The notes: generated by a model from the sequence alone, not told the origin. 32,000 nucleotides of DNA from Paramicrosporidium saccamoebae KSL3 (GCA_002794465.1 MTSL01000169.1:149931-181930), one strand, 5' to 3'; shown: positions 20,574 to 31,757, counted from the first letter of the stretch. Program-made: numbers and translations.

Positions 20574-21498
20574 TTAACGGGGAATCTGATAGACACGGCT
20601 GCGATCAACCAGATCTCGAAGACGATCGCGGTATTCGCGCTCCATCTTCTTGGAGTCTAATAGACGAAACCATTCCTCTTGCCGGATGTGGCGACTGTAC
20701 TCGGTCCATGTGGTGGGTGCGGTTGCAAGCGTTAATCCCTCAAGGGCGGCCTTCCAAGCGTCCTCGGCAGCCTCTAGACGTTGTCTTCGTCTCTCTCGTG
20801 TCCCTTCTGCAAGTGCTGGACAGGCTGCATCAAAAAGACTACGGCGTTCTTTTGCATTGGAGATGCCACTAAATCGCGGATCCGAAGACAACTTGTTCGA
20901 AATAATGTCCCAGGATTGGAATGGATCAATGTTCGAGTCCATAAGCATCTGATTATAATTTTCTACAGCCGCCTGGTGCTCTTCAGCATTCAATTTTTTG
21001 ACAAGTGTCTTTACTGGTCGCTCAATTTGTCTCGCTTGGCTGGTTGGGTCCTGTATCTCTTTGTCCCTCGGTGACATTTCGTCAAAGGCTGTACTCTCAT
21101 CCCTAGGCGCCATTTTATCTAACATCGTGCTCTCCTCTCTTGGTGTCATTTCGTTTAAACCCCCACTCCCATCTCTGGGCGCCATTTCATCCAACACCGT
21201 GTCCTCGTCACTGGGCACAATATAGTCTTCCTCGGAGAGATACTCTGTTTGAAAGGTCTCACCGTCCAAGATATATTCCTTGTCCGGATCAAAAAGACTA
21301 TCAAGTTTCTCAGGTGCAAGCTCCAGTAAATACTCCAAGAGATGCTCTGGCGGCTGGTATTTTGAGCATCCCTCTACAGTGTCATGGAAAAAGTACTTTC
21401 CATCTTTTGTAAATATTAGATTCCATCCTGTGTAGTCTATTTGTCTCCTAGACCAGAATTAGCTACACATTTGAGAATTACTGCTGAAGTATCGACAT
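20574..21498 (-). CDS. WW + FF domain protein (Urn1/Dre4/TCERG1-like splicing-associated factor), about 296 aa; intron 21448..21481
   Basis: Extending the frame upstream of the ORF-track start gives a WW-like GWNLIFTKDGKYFFHDTVEGCSKYQPP. FF-like YNQML...SWDIISNKLSSDPRF...ERRSLFD follows, then a second FF-like unit. Confidence 0.75.
21057..21200 (-). repeat. Coding 36-bp (12-aa) tandem repeat, four copies, in the WW-FF protein
   Basis: TVLDEMAPRDGS / GGLNEMTPREES / TMLDKMAPRDES / TAFDEMSPRDKE. Confidence 0.85.
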
Positions 21499-21522
21499 TT
21501 TATGAAAGCGAAATGAATTTGT

Positions 21523-22833
21523 TTATTGGACCAACGCCTTTAAGGCTTCTTTACAGTCCTTGTAAGTGGTCAGGTTGTTAGCAAATGTCCTTAGTCTTGT
21601 GTATTGCTCCTTTTTGACATCTTTACCAAATTTGTTTAACAACTCGGTAGCCATAAATGAGATCCACAACAGATTAGTTTTCGGATGGAACTGGTTCCAG
21701 CAGTCGTCAACAATATCCCGCATGTCTCTATACACCTGGTATTGTCCACTCTCTGTTGAATCACCCGTGAACAACCAATCGTCCTCAACCAAGTCTCGAT
21801 ACTCAACGCTTCCATTCCGATCTCTGAAACGAGCAAGGGAACAGTCGATTATACAGCACAAGATTCCCTCAGTTTGGATCGTTTGGTAATTTCCTAGACG
21901 AATGTCGGCGCGATGAGTTGACCGTATGAGAACATTTCCGAGATGAAGGTCGCGATGTTCAAAAAGTAACCTTTCTTCTGCGAGACTCATTGAAGAGAGC
22001 ACTTGAGCCAGGACACTTTGGACCTGCCCAATCGAGGTCAGCCGGTAACTTTCCAGATCGATTCCGCCAAATTCCATCACAAGGACGACATGCAAACTGT
22101 TGACGTCGTAAAATTCTAAAAATTATAAAACGATAGACTATAAACCTGGCTTATCATTGTAGCTTTCGTGTTCAGCCGTCCAGTCGTCCCATGTGTTTAT
22201 CAAAGATTTTGGGTATTTTCCAGACACTACGGCGCATCTAACCATCTTGTTGAAACCAGTGTGTCCAGAGGGGATTGCATATTTTCGTTCAACCCTGAGA
22301 GTCTCCAGAGCCTGCAGGGATCTAATCTCGTGCAAAAGATGGCCCAACTGGATTGGTTCTGGTGATCTCGCATCAGAACATCCCATTTCAACACTCTGGC
22401 CAGGCCGCATCAATGGCATAATTTTCACGGCAATAGAGTCATCCCCCTCGGCAGACATTTTGAATACCTCTGAAAACGATGATTCGCCAATTTTGATGCA
22501 GGTCGGCCATCGGGTCATCGTCTCTGTCAGCCAATCCTCAAAGGGGAGCTCTTTGTCTTGTAAACACTCTTTCAGGAGGTCAGAAAATTCCTGCGTAGAG
22601 GGTGCAATGGACATTCGGGGCCGAATTTCGCTCTTGCGCGATTTTGTCGATTGCAGCGGCTCAATATCCAACTTTTTAATGCTGGCACTAATGTCACACA
22701 GCAACTGCTCCTCATAAGGAACGTTATCCTTAGGGCCAGTGTTTGGCTCGCTATTCTTAGCATTCGCCTCTTCAGGGCGATTGATTGCAAACGGTGTTCG
22801 TTTGCTGTAGGTGGCAATTTTGCGCCCAAGCAT
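21523..22833 (-). CDS. Haspin-family atypical Ser/Thr kinase (Alk1/Hrk1-like), about 426 aa; intron 22116..22145
   Basis: KIGESSFSEVF, VMEFGGIDLE, FEHRDLHLGNVL, IIDCSLAR, QYQVYRDM, W-x3-HPKTNLLWI. Confidence 0.9.
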
Positions 22834-22842
22834 ATCCACAGA

Positions 22843-22850
22843 CCAATCAG
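22843..22850 (+). promoter_or_regulatory. CCAAT box (CCAATCAG) in the 36-bp divergent spacer between haspin and the RIM15-like kinase
   Basis: gaccaatcag lies between ATG 22833 (-) and ATG 22870 (+). Confidence 0.45.
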
Positions 22851-22869
22851 AGCTCGCCCCAACAAAGCA

Positions 22870-24905
22870 ATGTCGCCGTCATCGCAATTCGGTGACGACA
22901 CTTTACAGAGTGGAGGTAGCTTGAGGGACTCTGATAGAGAATTTGCCGATTTGGACAATGAGATTGAACGATATGAGAGCAATGTACTAACAGCACATGT
23001 ACCCATAGAGGCGAGTCCAAAAGTAAAGCCCATTATTCGGAGGATTATTGCGTCTCTGAAAAACCGGTTCGCTGACAAACAAAATGATGGCATTGGGGAA
23101 GACGACCTGGTAGGAGAATCTCCCACCATTACGTGTCGAATATGTGAGAATCCGGTGCCAGCTGGCGATCTCGAGACCCACACAGACTGGTGCTCCCGAT
23201 TTCAAGACTGCGTTCTGAAAAAGGTGTCCTGTTCCCACTACCTAAATGCTTTGCTGAAATTTCCTTCAGGAAACTTGGAGGAGGGTACAATCATCCGTGA
23301 CTTTGTGACCAAGGCGCTGGATATTGATGAACAGCTTGGGAAAAGCGCAGCTATCAAGCTTGCCAAGCTGATTTACCGGATGGCCAAGATTGATCTGGGC
23401 AAGGAGGCTGATGGAAAAAGTCTGGCCTATTTTCGCAGGATCAAATACTTGGTAGCTCTTCATCTGTTAGGTGTTTCATCTCGTAGATTGAACAAAAAAG
23501 AGTCCTGGCGGATAGATTTACCGACTTGTTACCCAGGAGTCAAGAAGTCCTTTATAGCGGCTATTCATCAGTCACAGATTCGAGTCTCGATGCCACGCCA
23601 AGTACAACTTCCCATCCATCCATCTAATACATAGAGCGCTCCTCCACTCCAGTGGGCAAGCTGACTACCCTTTTTGCCCAGCTGTTAAAAGGAAATCGCT
23701 CTACTAGTCGCTCTCCCCAATTCGGAGCCAGTCCACCGCGATCCTCAGCCCTCCGAAATTACGTCCATGGACCAGTGCCACGTATCAATGACTTTGATAT
23801 AATTAAGCCCATCAGTCGTGGTGCATATGGCAATGTCTATTTGGCCAAGAAACGAGCAACGAATGATTTGTTCGCCATCAAGGCTCTCCGGAAAAGTGAT
23901 CTCATTAGGAAGAATATGACCAGTCACGTACTGACTGAGCGACGAGTGTTGTCACTTGCCCAGGCTCCGTTCGTTGTGATGCTCTACTACGCCTTTGAGT
24001 CCCAGGATCATCTTTTTCTAGTGATGGAGTACTTGATTGGCGGTGATCTAAGTTCCATTCTCCAAGGAAGCGGCACCATGTCTGAGGACACGGCATGTTT
24101 CTACATTGCTGAAGTGGTCTTGGCATTAGAATACCTCCATGACCATGGCATTATTCATCGCGATCTAAAGCCGGACAACATGCTGCTTGATGCAGAGGGC
24201 CACTTGAAGCTGACCGACTTTGGTTTGGCTGACTATGAGAGTAACAGTAGTCGTGCGAGTCCTGATCGCGTCCTGGGCACTCCAGATTACTTGGCACCAG
24301 AATTGTTGGATGGCAAAGAACATGGGACAGCCGTGGATTGGTGGGCGGTTGGTGTGTGTCTATTCGAATTCCTTATTGGTGTCCCACCATTTACAGGTAG
24401 TCGTCCAGAGGAGATTTTTGAAAAGATTCAGACCTTTCAAAGGATCGACTGGGCGGAATATTCAGAGTTTGGCCTATCTGATCAGGCTAGAGATTTGATT
24501 GATAGACTCCTTTGTGTGGATCCAGCCATCCGTCTCGGGTCACAAGGCATCAAGAGCCATTCATTCTTTGAAAAGATAGTTTGGGACACGCTCCGCACAG
24601 TCAGCCCGCCCATTAATCCCCAGCCAGCCCACCCCCTCGACACTTCTCAATTCGAGCCACGAAATCGTCGATTCGCAGATCTACCTGAAGATTTTCTCGA
24701 CGCCGAGCCAGTCGGGGAGATGGAGAGTGGGATTAGCACCCCAACTAGAACTAGTTCTCCGTTCGATGGATTCATGTACAAGAACATTGAGCTGCTCAGC
24801 CGGGTTAATCGAAGGCTATCCTCTACGCCGGCTTCCCTAGCGTTACATTCGGAATCAAGGGCATCGTCGGGAGCCTTGTCAGATAACTCTTTCGGCGTAT
24901 CTTAA
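22870..24905 (+). CDS. RIM15/Cek1/Greatwall-like AGC kinase, about 655 aa; introns 23452..23486 and 23602..23634
   Basis: C2HC finger CRICE...HTDWC; IKPISRGAYGNVYL, HRDLKPDN, DFG, GTPDYLAPE, VDWWAVG. Two introns reconcile the frames of the two ORFs. Confidence 0.88.
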
Positions 24906-25014
24906 TAAACTATGTGCTGCACAATAGAGTAGTCATTATTATGTATTGTTTAAACGGAGAGGGAACTTTTAAATTGCCCAGTCCCTGTCTATAGCCCTAT
25001 TGCAAAGCGATAGG

Positions 25015-25216
25015 ATGAATTGATTATCCGGGACTTGAGGATAACTCTCTAATGTTTGTAATAGAGTGGATTGATTGCCCGGGTACTTGAAGATAAATCT
25101 CTAATATTTGCGACAGAGCGGATTGATTATCGGGGTACTTGAGGATAGGTCTCTAATGTTTTTGATAGAGTGGATCGATTATCTGGGTGCTTGAGCACAA
25201 CTCTCTAGTTTAGAGC
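25015..25216 (+). repeat. Degenerate 52-bp tandem repeat, about four copies, each able to form a hairpin
   Basis: Units start at 25015, 25066, 25118 and 25170; consensus about gtggattgattatcngggtacttgaggataantctctaatgtttgngataga. Confidence 0.9.
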
Positions 25217-25349
25217 AACCACAGGAAGACAGCCAGATTTGCACCTGGACTATTCTGTGATTAGCAGTAAACGAGTTTCCTCCTGTAGTTTGTGGCGTCT
25301 CCTCCGCTACGCGACAACTTTGCAGATGTTATGCCTCCAGACAAAGCAA

Positions 25350-26870
25350 TCAGTCATTCATGTCACACATGGACAACTTAAAGTCGCCGCGTTCAGAGGA
25401 CGACTCCATCTTGGCAGTTTTGGCACCAAATTGAATTGCCCTTTTGGGGAGGAGGGCGACTTGATCGGAAAATCCAAAATGTTGTGCCATTCTCCTAATT
25501 AAGATTTTCTCCCCGCTGCCACGGGGTTTGGAAAAGTCGCACTTTAATTCCACAGGGAGGGAGGAGAGATGCGACACCAGTTGCTCATCAAGGAAAGGAA
25601 ATCGCGCTTCTTTTCCGTGATCTGAAATAACACGATCGTCTCGACCTAAATTCCGATGTGCAATGCGATCCAATTCCATTTGCATCTCTTCGAGAAGCGC
25701 CTCTCTACCGCCCCTTTCAAAGGCAGACCGATGACGGCTGTAACCGCCAAGTTGTTCATCTGCCCCCATTCCCAGGAGAAGCACTTTTGCAGTAGATTGA
25801 TATGGGATATTCTCCACTAGGCCCACTCCACGGGCGGCAAACCAGAGGGCAATGGCAATACTGAGATCCATTATTGTATCCGAGGGGCAGATGAGCTGAA
25901 GCACGTGTGGTTTCCACTCATCATACTCGATGGCTGGCACGTTTACTTTAACAAAGTTCCACCTTCGATTTGGTGCCACTTTATTCTGTAACTCTTCCCA
26001 TCCAACCATTCCGCTAACCCGATCCGGTACAGAATAAGGATCTGTTGTTGGATTGTTGCTCACGAATCGTCGATTTTCAAATGCCACATTGATGAGATCG
26101 ACAGGTACGCCAGGCGGTAGCACTCGATCAGCAATGGCGGCCAAGATGACCGAATCGATCCCGCCTGAAAAGAGAATGGCTACATGCGCGGTACTAGCGT
26201 CTTTGATGTGGGGAATATTCAACAGCCTGCGACCAAGAGATCCCTCAAACTCTTGAATTGTTGAATTTAAAACTGATTCAATCTCTCCAGCTCTGGAAAT
26301 TCTCGGAATGCCATTGAGGTGTGACCATGGGATTAGGACTGGGGAAGCCAGCTCATCAGAAAGCCTGACTGTCCATATCCCAGTTGCAGGGACTTCGATT
26401 GCATTCTTGGCCTGTGCTGGCACAGCTGAAGTAAGTCTTAGATAAGTGCTACTGAGTTGCTGAACTAGACTTCGGCGTCCAAAGACGTCTCGGCCATAAT
26501 AAATCGCCCGGTCCTGGCGATCAAGTAACACAAAGGCATACTCGCCACGTATCGCAGAAAAGATTTCTGAAGCAGACTGGGCAATGGTAATAGCATGAAA
26601 GAGTGCGCTAGTGTCGTTATCGTAACGACCCATCTCCAGGCCGTCATATGCTTCTCCATTCCACAGTAAAGCAAAACGCTCATTTACCAACGGCTGTGTG
26701 ACACACTCGCCACCACGCAAGTGCAACACGGTCGAGTGCATACGCGTACTCCATGACCCCAAAACCTCTACAATTTTTTGCTCTGCATCCGGCCCACGTC
26801 TTCTAATAGATTCGAGACATTCACTGTGAGAGTTGGTGGATGGAATCACCTCAAAGTCGATGCCACACAT
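25350..26870 (-). CDS. ASNSD1: Asparagine synthetase domain-containing protein 1
   Basis: MCGI Ntn N-terminus, RRGPD, LHLRG, LLWNGE, ILFSGGIDS, GMGADEQLGGY, RNLGRDDR, KRAIQFG. Confidence 0.93.
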   Translation of the reverse strand: MCGIDFEVIPSTNSHSECLESIRRRGPDAEQKIVEVLGSWSTRMHSTVLHLRGGECVTQPLVNERFALLWNGEAYDGLEMGRYDNDTSALFHAITIAQSASEIFSAIRGEYAFVLLDRQDRAIYYGRDVFGRRSLVQQLSSTYLRLTSAVPAQAKNAIEVPATGIWTVRLSDELASPVLIPWSHLNGIPRISRAGEIESVLNSTIQEFEGSLGRRLLNIPHIKDASTAHVAILFSGGIDSVILAAIADRVLPPGVPVDLINVAFENRRFVSNNPTTDPYSVPDRVSGMVGWEELQNKVAPNRRWNFVKVNVPAIEYDEWKPHVLQLICPSDTIMDLSIAIALWFAARGVGLVENIPYQSTAKVLLLGMGADEQLGGYSRHRSAFERGGREALLEEMQMELDRIAHRNLGRDDRVISDHGKEARFPFLDEQLVSHLSSLPVELKCDFSKPRGSGEKILIRRMAQHFGFSDQVALLPKRAIQFGAKTAKMESSSERGDFKLSMCDMND

Positions 26871-26884
26871 GGCCGGGGAGTGAC

Positions 26885-29800
26885 ATGTCGTTCAACTTGG
26901 AAGGTCTACGAAATGTCCTTCTCGCCGAATCCTCTGCTCGTGTCGAGGAGAAAGTACTGGAGGTTGAGTTTTGCTGAATATGTAGATTGAGGTTAATCAG
27001 CGTCATCTCATAGACAAAATTCTTGCCCGGTATGTTTACATGCTGGCCACCTATAATATTACCTAGCTATTCTGCAGAGCACACAATTTACAGAGAAGTG
27101 TTACAAAATGCCAATGATGCCAATGCAATGGCAGTTGAGATTATATTTGGAGAGACGGTGGTTGCAGAACAGACCCCGATTGTCAATAGCATAATCCTAA
27201 GGAATAACGGGCGACCATTTGATAAAAATGACTGGAACAGACTCAAAAAGATTGCCGAGGGAAATCCTGACGAGCAAAAGGTAGCTGCTCCTGCAAGACG
27301 CAAGACTGACTATTTAGATTGGTTTCTTTGGAGTGGGGTTTTACAGCTTGTTCTCAATTTGTGAAGAGCCGTTTGTAGTGTCTGGGGAGAGTTGCTTGGC
27401 ATTTTACTGGAAGGGGGATCAGCTGTATGCCAGACCCGGGGCAACTCCAGCTGAATTCGATGGATCTTGGACAACCATTTATTTAAAGCTCCGTGACCCG
27501 ATTGAACGAATGCATCTGGATAGTTTTGCCCATTTTCTTGCAAAATCGATTCTGTTTACGCAATATCTGGAAAAGGTTTCGGTTCGGTCCGGAACCGATC
27601 TCTTGTTTTCTGTAAGCAAAAAGAGATCGTCGCCGTCCGCCTTGTCAATCTCGCCGTCGTCCCTTCTATCGAGCACCTCGACAAAACCAGCAGGATTGTT
27701 TACAATCAAGTCGGGAGAGACCCAAGCTATACAGTTGGATTTAGACAAGCGCTATGTGAGCGAAGCTCCGAAGGCCGACAGGTCGCTTTTGTCGAGTATC
27801 TGGTCCATAGCAAAGAACATTGCCAAGGACAAACAGACTCGAAAAGACGAAGATGCTGCAATGAGACCGGGAATTTTCACCCTGTTTCTTCACATTATCA
27901 ATTGCGAAGTCAAGGTCAGCCCGAGCTCTGCATTCTCGGCCTCCATGGAGCGCATTACAAAAAAGAAGCCTTCATCCCACCTGAAAATGTCTCTATTGTA
28001 TAGCACATTTGATGAGGTGGAGGCATCTTCCGACTTGATTCGAAAGGCGAAGCATCCGGTGCTCTGTGGGGTGTTACCGGAAGTTGAAGCAGGCAAGGTT
28101 TTTATTGGGTTTGAAACGCACCAGACGACAGGATGTGCAATTCATGTAGCTGGTCCGTTTGTTCCGACTGTTGAGCGCGAGTCGCTGGATTTCGTCGACA
28201 AGACCCTTTCCCAGTGGAATGAAGAACTGCTTAGGGTTTGTAGCAAAATTATTCGAATCATCTACGAAACTGAAATGCAGGCTATGCGGAAGTTATTCCC
28301 ACAAAAGACTTCCAATCAGCCTGATGAATACTGGCAACGGTCGAGGCACATTTTGAGGTCGTTTGGCTCTGGACAATCATCTCCAAGCCCCGCGCCGTCA
28401 CACGTGATTATCCACGAATTCTTTTCATGCGCAAGAACGGCTCTCTTGCTACCATCATCAGTTGGAATCGTGCCTATTACAGACCTTCGAAGCATTCCCT
28501 CTAGTCTAGAGTCGTTCGCTAAAGACATACCCTTGCTTGATTATGCCAAGCTGCAAGGTGTGGATCGCATGATTAAGATGGTTACATCGTTTTCTGAAAT
28601 CCCGGATGCCTCATTTTCAGAGATTATGCACAGCCTGCACGGACGGAAACTGACAGATTCCGAGTTGGCGTCTTGTCTGGAATGGATCATTGTGCTGCAT
28701 CAGAAGGGACAATTGGGTGGGCGTCATTTTTACTCAATGGTGTCAAATCTGCTCGTGCCCGTAGGCCAATCTTCCGCTGGGCAATTTGCCAAACTCTCAT
28801 CAGTCACTCACTACCCCTCGGGACCTATAATGTATGAATCTGGAATGCCAATCCCAAACTACTGCCTATCTCCCAAGATAGCCGAGAGAATTCCGGGATA
28901 CGACTTGGGCGCCGTGTTCAATTTGAAAGAGCTTGGGTTATGTGATTGGGCTAGTGACCTTGTGAAGGGCGATTTCTTGACAGATGCAGGACGGGCTGAA
29001 AAGTTTATCATTTTTCTCTCCAAAAACTTTGCAGGCATTTCGGATCACGACAAAGCAATGATTGCAAATCTCCTTGCTAACATTCCAGTTGTGCCAACCG
29101 TGCATGGATTAAAAATTCCTTCGCAGTCGTATCTAGAGGCTGTCAAGGTGTTTGGGAATGTCTCCGTGGTCAGCTTCAAGGAGCGCTGGGTGGTAAGCGA
29201 TTCGTTCCTGATAGCCTTGGGAGTGCAGTCGCACATTGATGTGGCTCAGATATTTTCAAAACTGGATCACCTGGACTGGGATCATCGTCAACTCATCAAA
29301 TATCTTGTATCAATCAAATCCCAGCTATCTTCCGACGAGCTTGGGATATTGCGAGCCGCAAAAGTATTCCCGGCCATTGGAACGAAGAATGAAAGATTTA
29401 AGCTTGAAGAGTTGTACCTTGATCATCCCGTGGTGCGCTTCATGGATCTTTTCATAATTGACTGGAAGGGAGGCGAGGCGCCATCCCCCCACTCCGAGTC
29501 TGCCGTGTTTATGACCAAACTTGGTCTACGCACGGTTGTTCCTTGGGAGTTGTTGTTGCGTAAAGTTGCTGATGCAAATTCTAGTCAGCGTGTGACTCTG
29601 CTAAAGTATTTCATCGACCATTACGATTCTGACTACCGCAACAGCTACAATGCAAAGAGTATTGACTTTGATTTTGTTCCCTTAAAGGACGATGCCGCTT
29701 TGTCAAGACCCTTGGAAACTTTTTCTGACGACGGTGTGGCTTTGTTGGGATTCAAAGTCTTCCACCCCGAGCTAAAGTCCTTTGCTTCATATTTTGGCAT

Positions 29801-31757
29801 CAAACCTCGTCCAGCAGTAGATTTGATTGTTATTCAAATTTGCAATCGTGCCTTTGACCGAAGCCGTGCTGCTGAGGTGTTTTCCTATCTGTCCACCATG
29901 CTTCGAGATTTCAACTCCAATCATTACCGACAATTGTCACATGCACCATTTATCCCCACCGAGGGAACTCTCAAGTGGGGACGTCCCATCGACCTGTTCT
30001 TTTCAAAAGGAAAATTTGATCTCGGCGAGGTTTTTCAAGTGATCAACTTTGGAGAGCATTCGAAACCATTCCTTAGTGCTTGCGGTGTGGAGGACGAACC
30101 CAAGGCTGCACATATAGCCAACCGAATCTGTGAAGAACCGGCAGGGTATTTGAAACAGCTTGGTGCTGAAACGTACATGGATCTTCTTCGTTGGTTGGCT
30201 TTGCAATTCGCCCATCTCCCAAATGATTCTATAACAGCCTTGAAAACATCCAAGGCTCTCCTCGGGCTTGACTACAGCGTTGCTGCTGATGAAAAAGTCG
30301 CCAATGACGTCATTCAGAGCAAATTTGTTCTCGCCACCGCGCAGTCTTTGTACATTATCGACGACACCATTTCGCAGCAAGTATTTGGTTGTCTTGCAGT
30401 CCCGGCTGATTCCACCATTGAGCATTTATACACCAAACTCGGGAGCAAATTGCTCTCATCGTGTGTGAAAATGTCATGGAAATTTATGGGAATCCCAACT
30501 GGCACCCACGAGGCCGTCAATCTTCAAAAGCAGATCCAGATGCGAGCACCGTTGCTGGTGGCCGAACAGCCTTCAGCCAGCAAACAGAACAAGCAAGCAC
30601 TCTCCAGACTGCTATCGGTAGAGGTAGGAATGGTCGACAGTATTTCAATTGCAAGAATGTTTGAAGGGAAAACCCATAATCAGCCAACCACTGCCTGCCT
30701 TAAGACCGAAACACTTCTTCTGGTGACCAGTGATTACGACTTTTTTGATGTCGCCAATGCGCTGGCAAAGGTGATCTACATGGATCACTCGCGCTTACCC
30801 GATGCGCTCTTAATCTCCACTTTGTTATCCTCTTCGTTGGCCAGCTTAAGGGCCAAGGGTTTTCCGGTTGACCGTGTTCTGGGGCGCAAGCCTGCAAAAA
30901 CTGTCATTCCTGAAGATTCTGAGATTGTCAACGCCCCACCGCCTTATCGCGAGCCTGTTAAACCCGAACCAACCCCACCCAAACCCACGCCAGTTAAGAG
31001 CGAAGAGCACATGCCGACACTAAAACCGCAGCAAATGACCCCCGAAAAACACGACGGCAGTATTGGTCGGAAAACGGCAGGGATTTTGGGTGCTATTAAA
31101 GATGCGATCCGTGATAGAACGATGCGCACTCCCACCAAAACTCCATCTCTTCCCGGTCCGGTGGACGACAACGGCATGCGATCTACCCTACAGCAGTCAA
31201 TTTCCAAGTTACGAGAACACAATCGGCAGGCCATTCATGATGAGCCACGAGTGGAACCCACTCCCCCACCGTCCGTCTCAGCAGATTCATACTGCGAGGT
31301 CATTCCTGGTCATTCCCTCCGCTATATCGGAACGGTAGGGAGTGTTCCTATCTACACAGCAGTCTCAGAGCCGGTTAATCAGACCACTGCGCTTCTTGAG
31401 CTTCCACTTATGCATCAGTTTGTGGCAGAGCTTTCTCGCCTAGCATCTGTGTTCCAGGCGTCTCCATCCACACTTCATGTCTTTTACGATACTTCCTCCG
31501 TGGCGATTGCATTTAACCGAAACAAGACGCTCTTCTTCAACTATGCACATTATCAGCGGCAGGTGGAGGCTGAAGTGCCGGCTGTCCAGCTACAGGCCAG
31601 TTGGTACATTACCTTTTGTCATGAGCTGGCTCACAATTTCATTGGGTACGTTTCATTAGTGCATTATTTTGACTTTAGACCCCATGATGAACGACACATT
31701 TACTACATGAGCTGTTTTGCTGAAACATATCTAGATCGTTTTATATCAGGCATGTAA
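26885..31757 (+). CDS. Large GHKL (sacsin/Hsp90-like) ATPase with C-terminal HExxH zincin motif, about 1577 aa (probably the fungal DUF3684-type family); introns 26954..26985, 27030..27066, 27281..27317, 31646..31678
   Basis: Spliced N-terminus EVNQRHLIDKILARYSAEHTIYREVLQNANDA, NNGRPF, IAEGNPDEQKIGFFGVGFYSLF (Bergerat-fold boxes); C-terminal TFCHELAHNFIGPHDERH. Confidence 0.85.

Noticed and set aside
22572-23183. 203-aa antisense ORF and the 5' extension of ORF 22651..23634 across haspin
   Set aside because: Shadow frames over two well-supported kinase genes; the kinase start at 22870 is more parsimonious.
25015-25216. 52-bp array as CRISPR, coding repeat or H/ACA snoRNA cluster
   Set aside because: No unique spacers; period not divisible by 3; H and ACA boxes not consistently placed.
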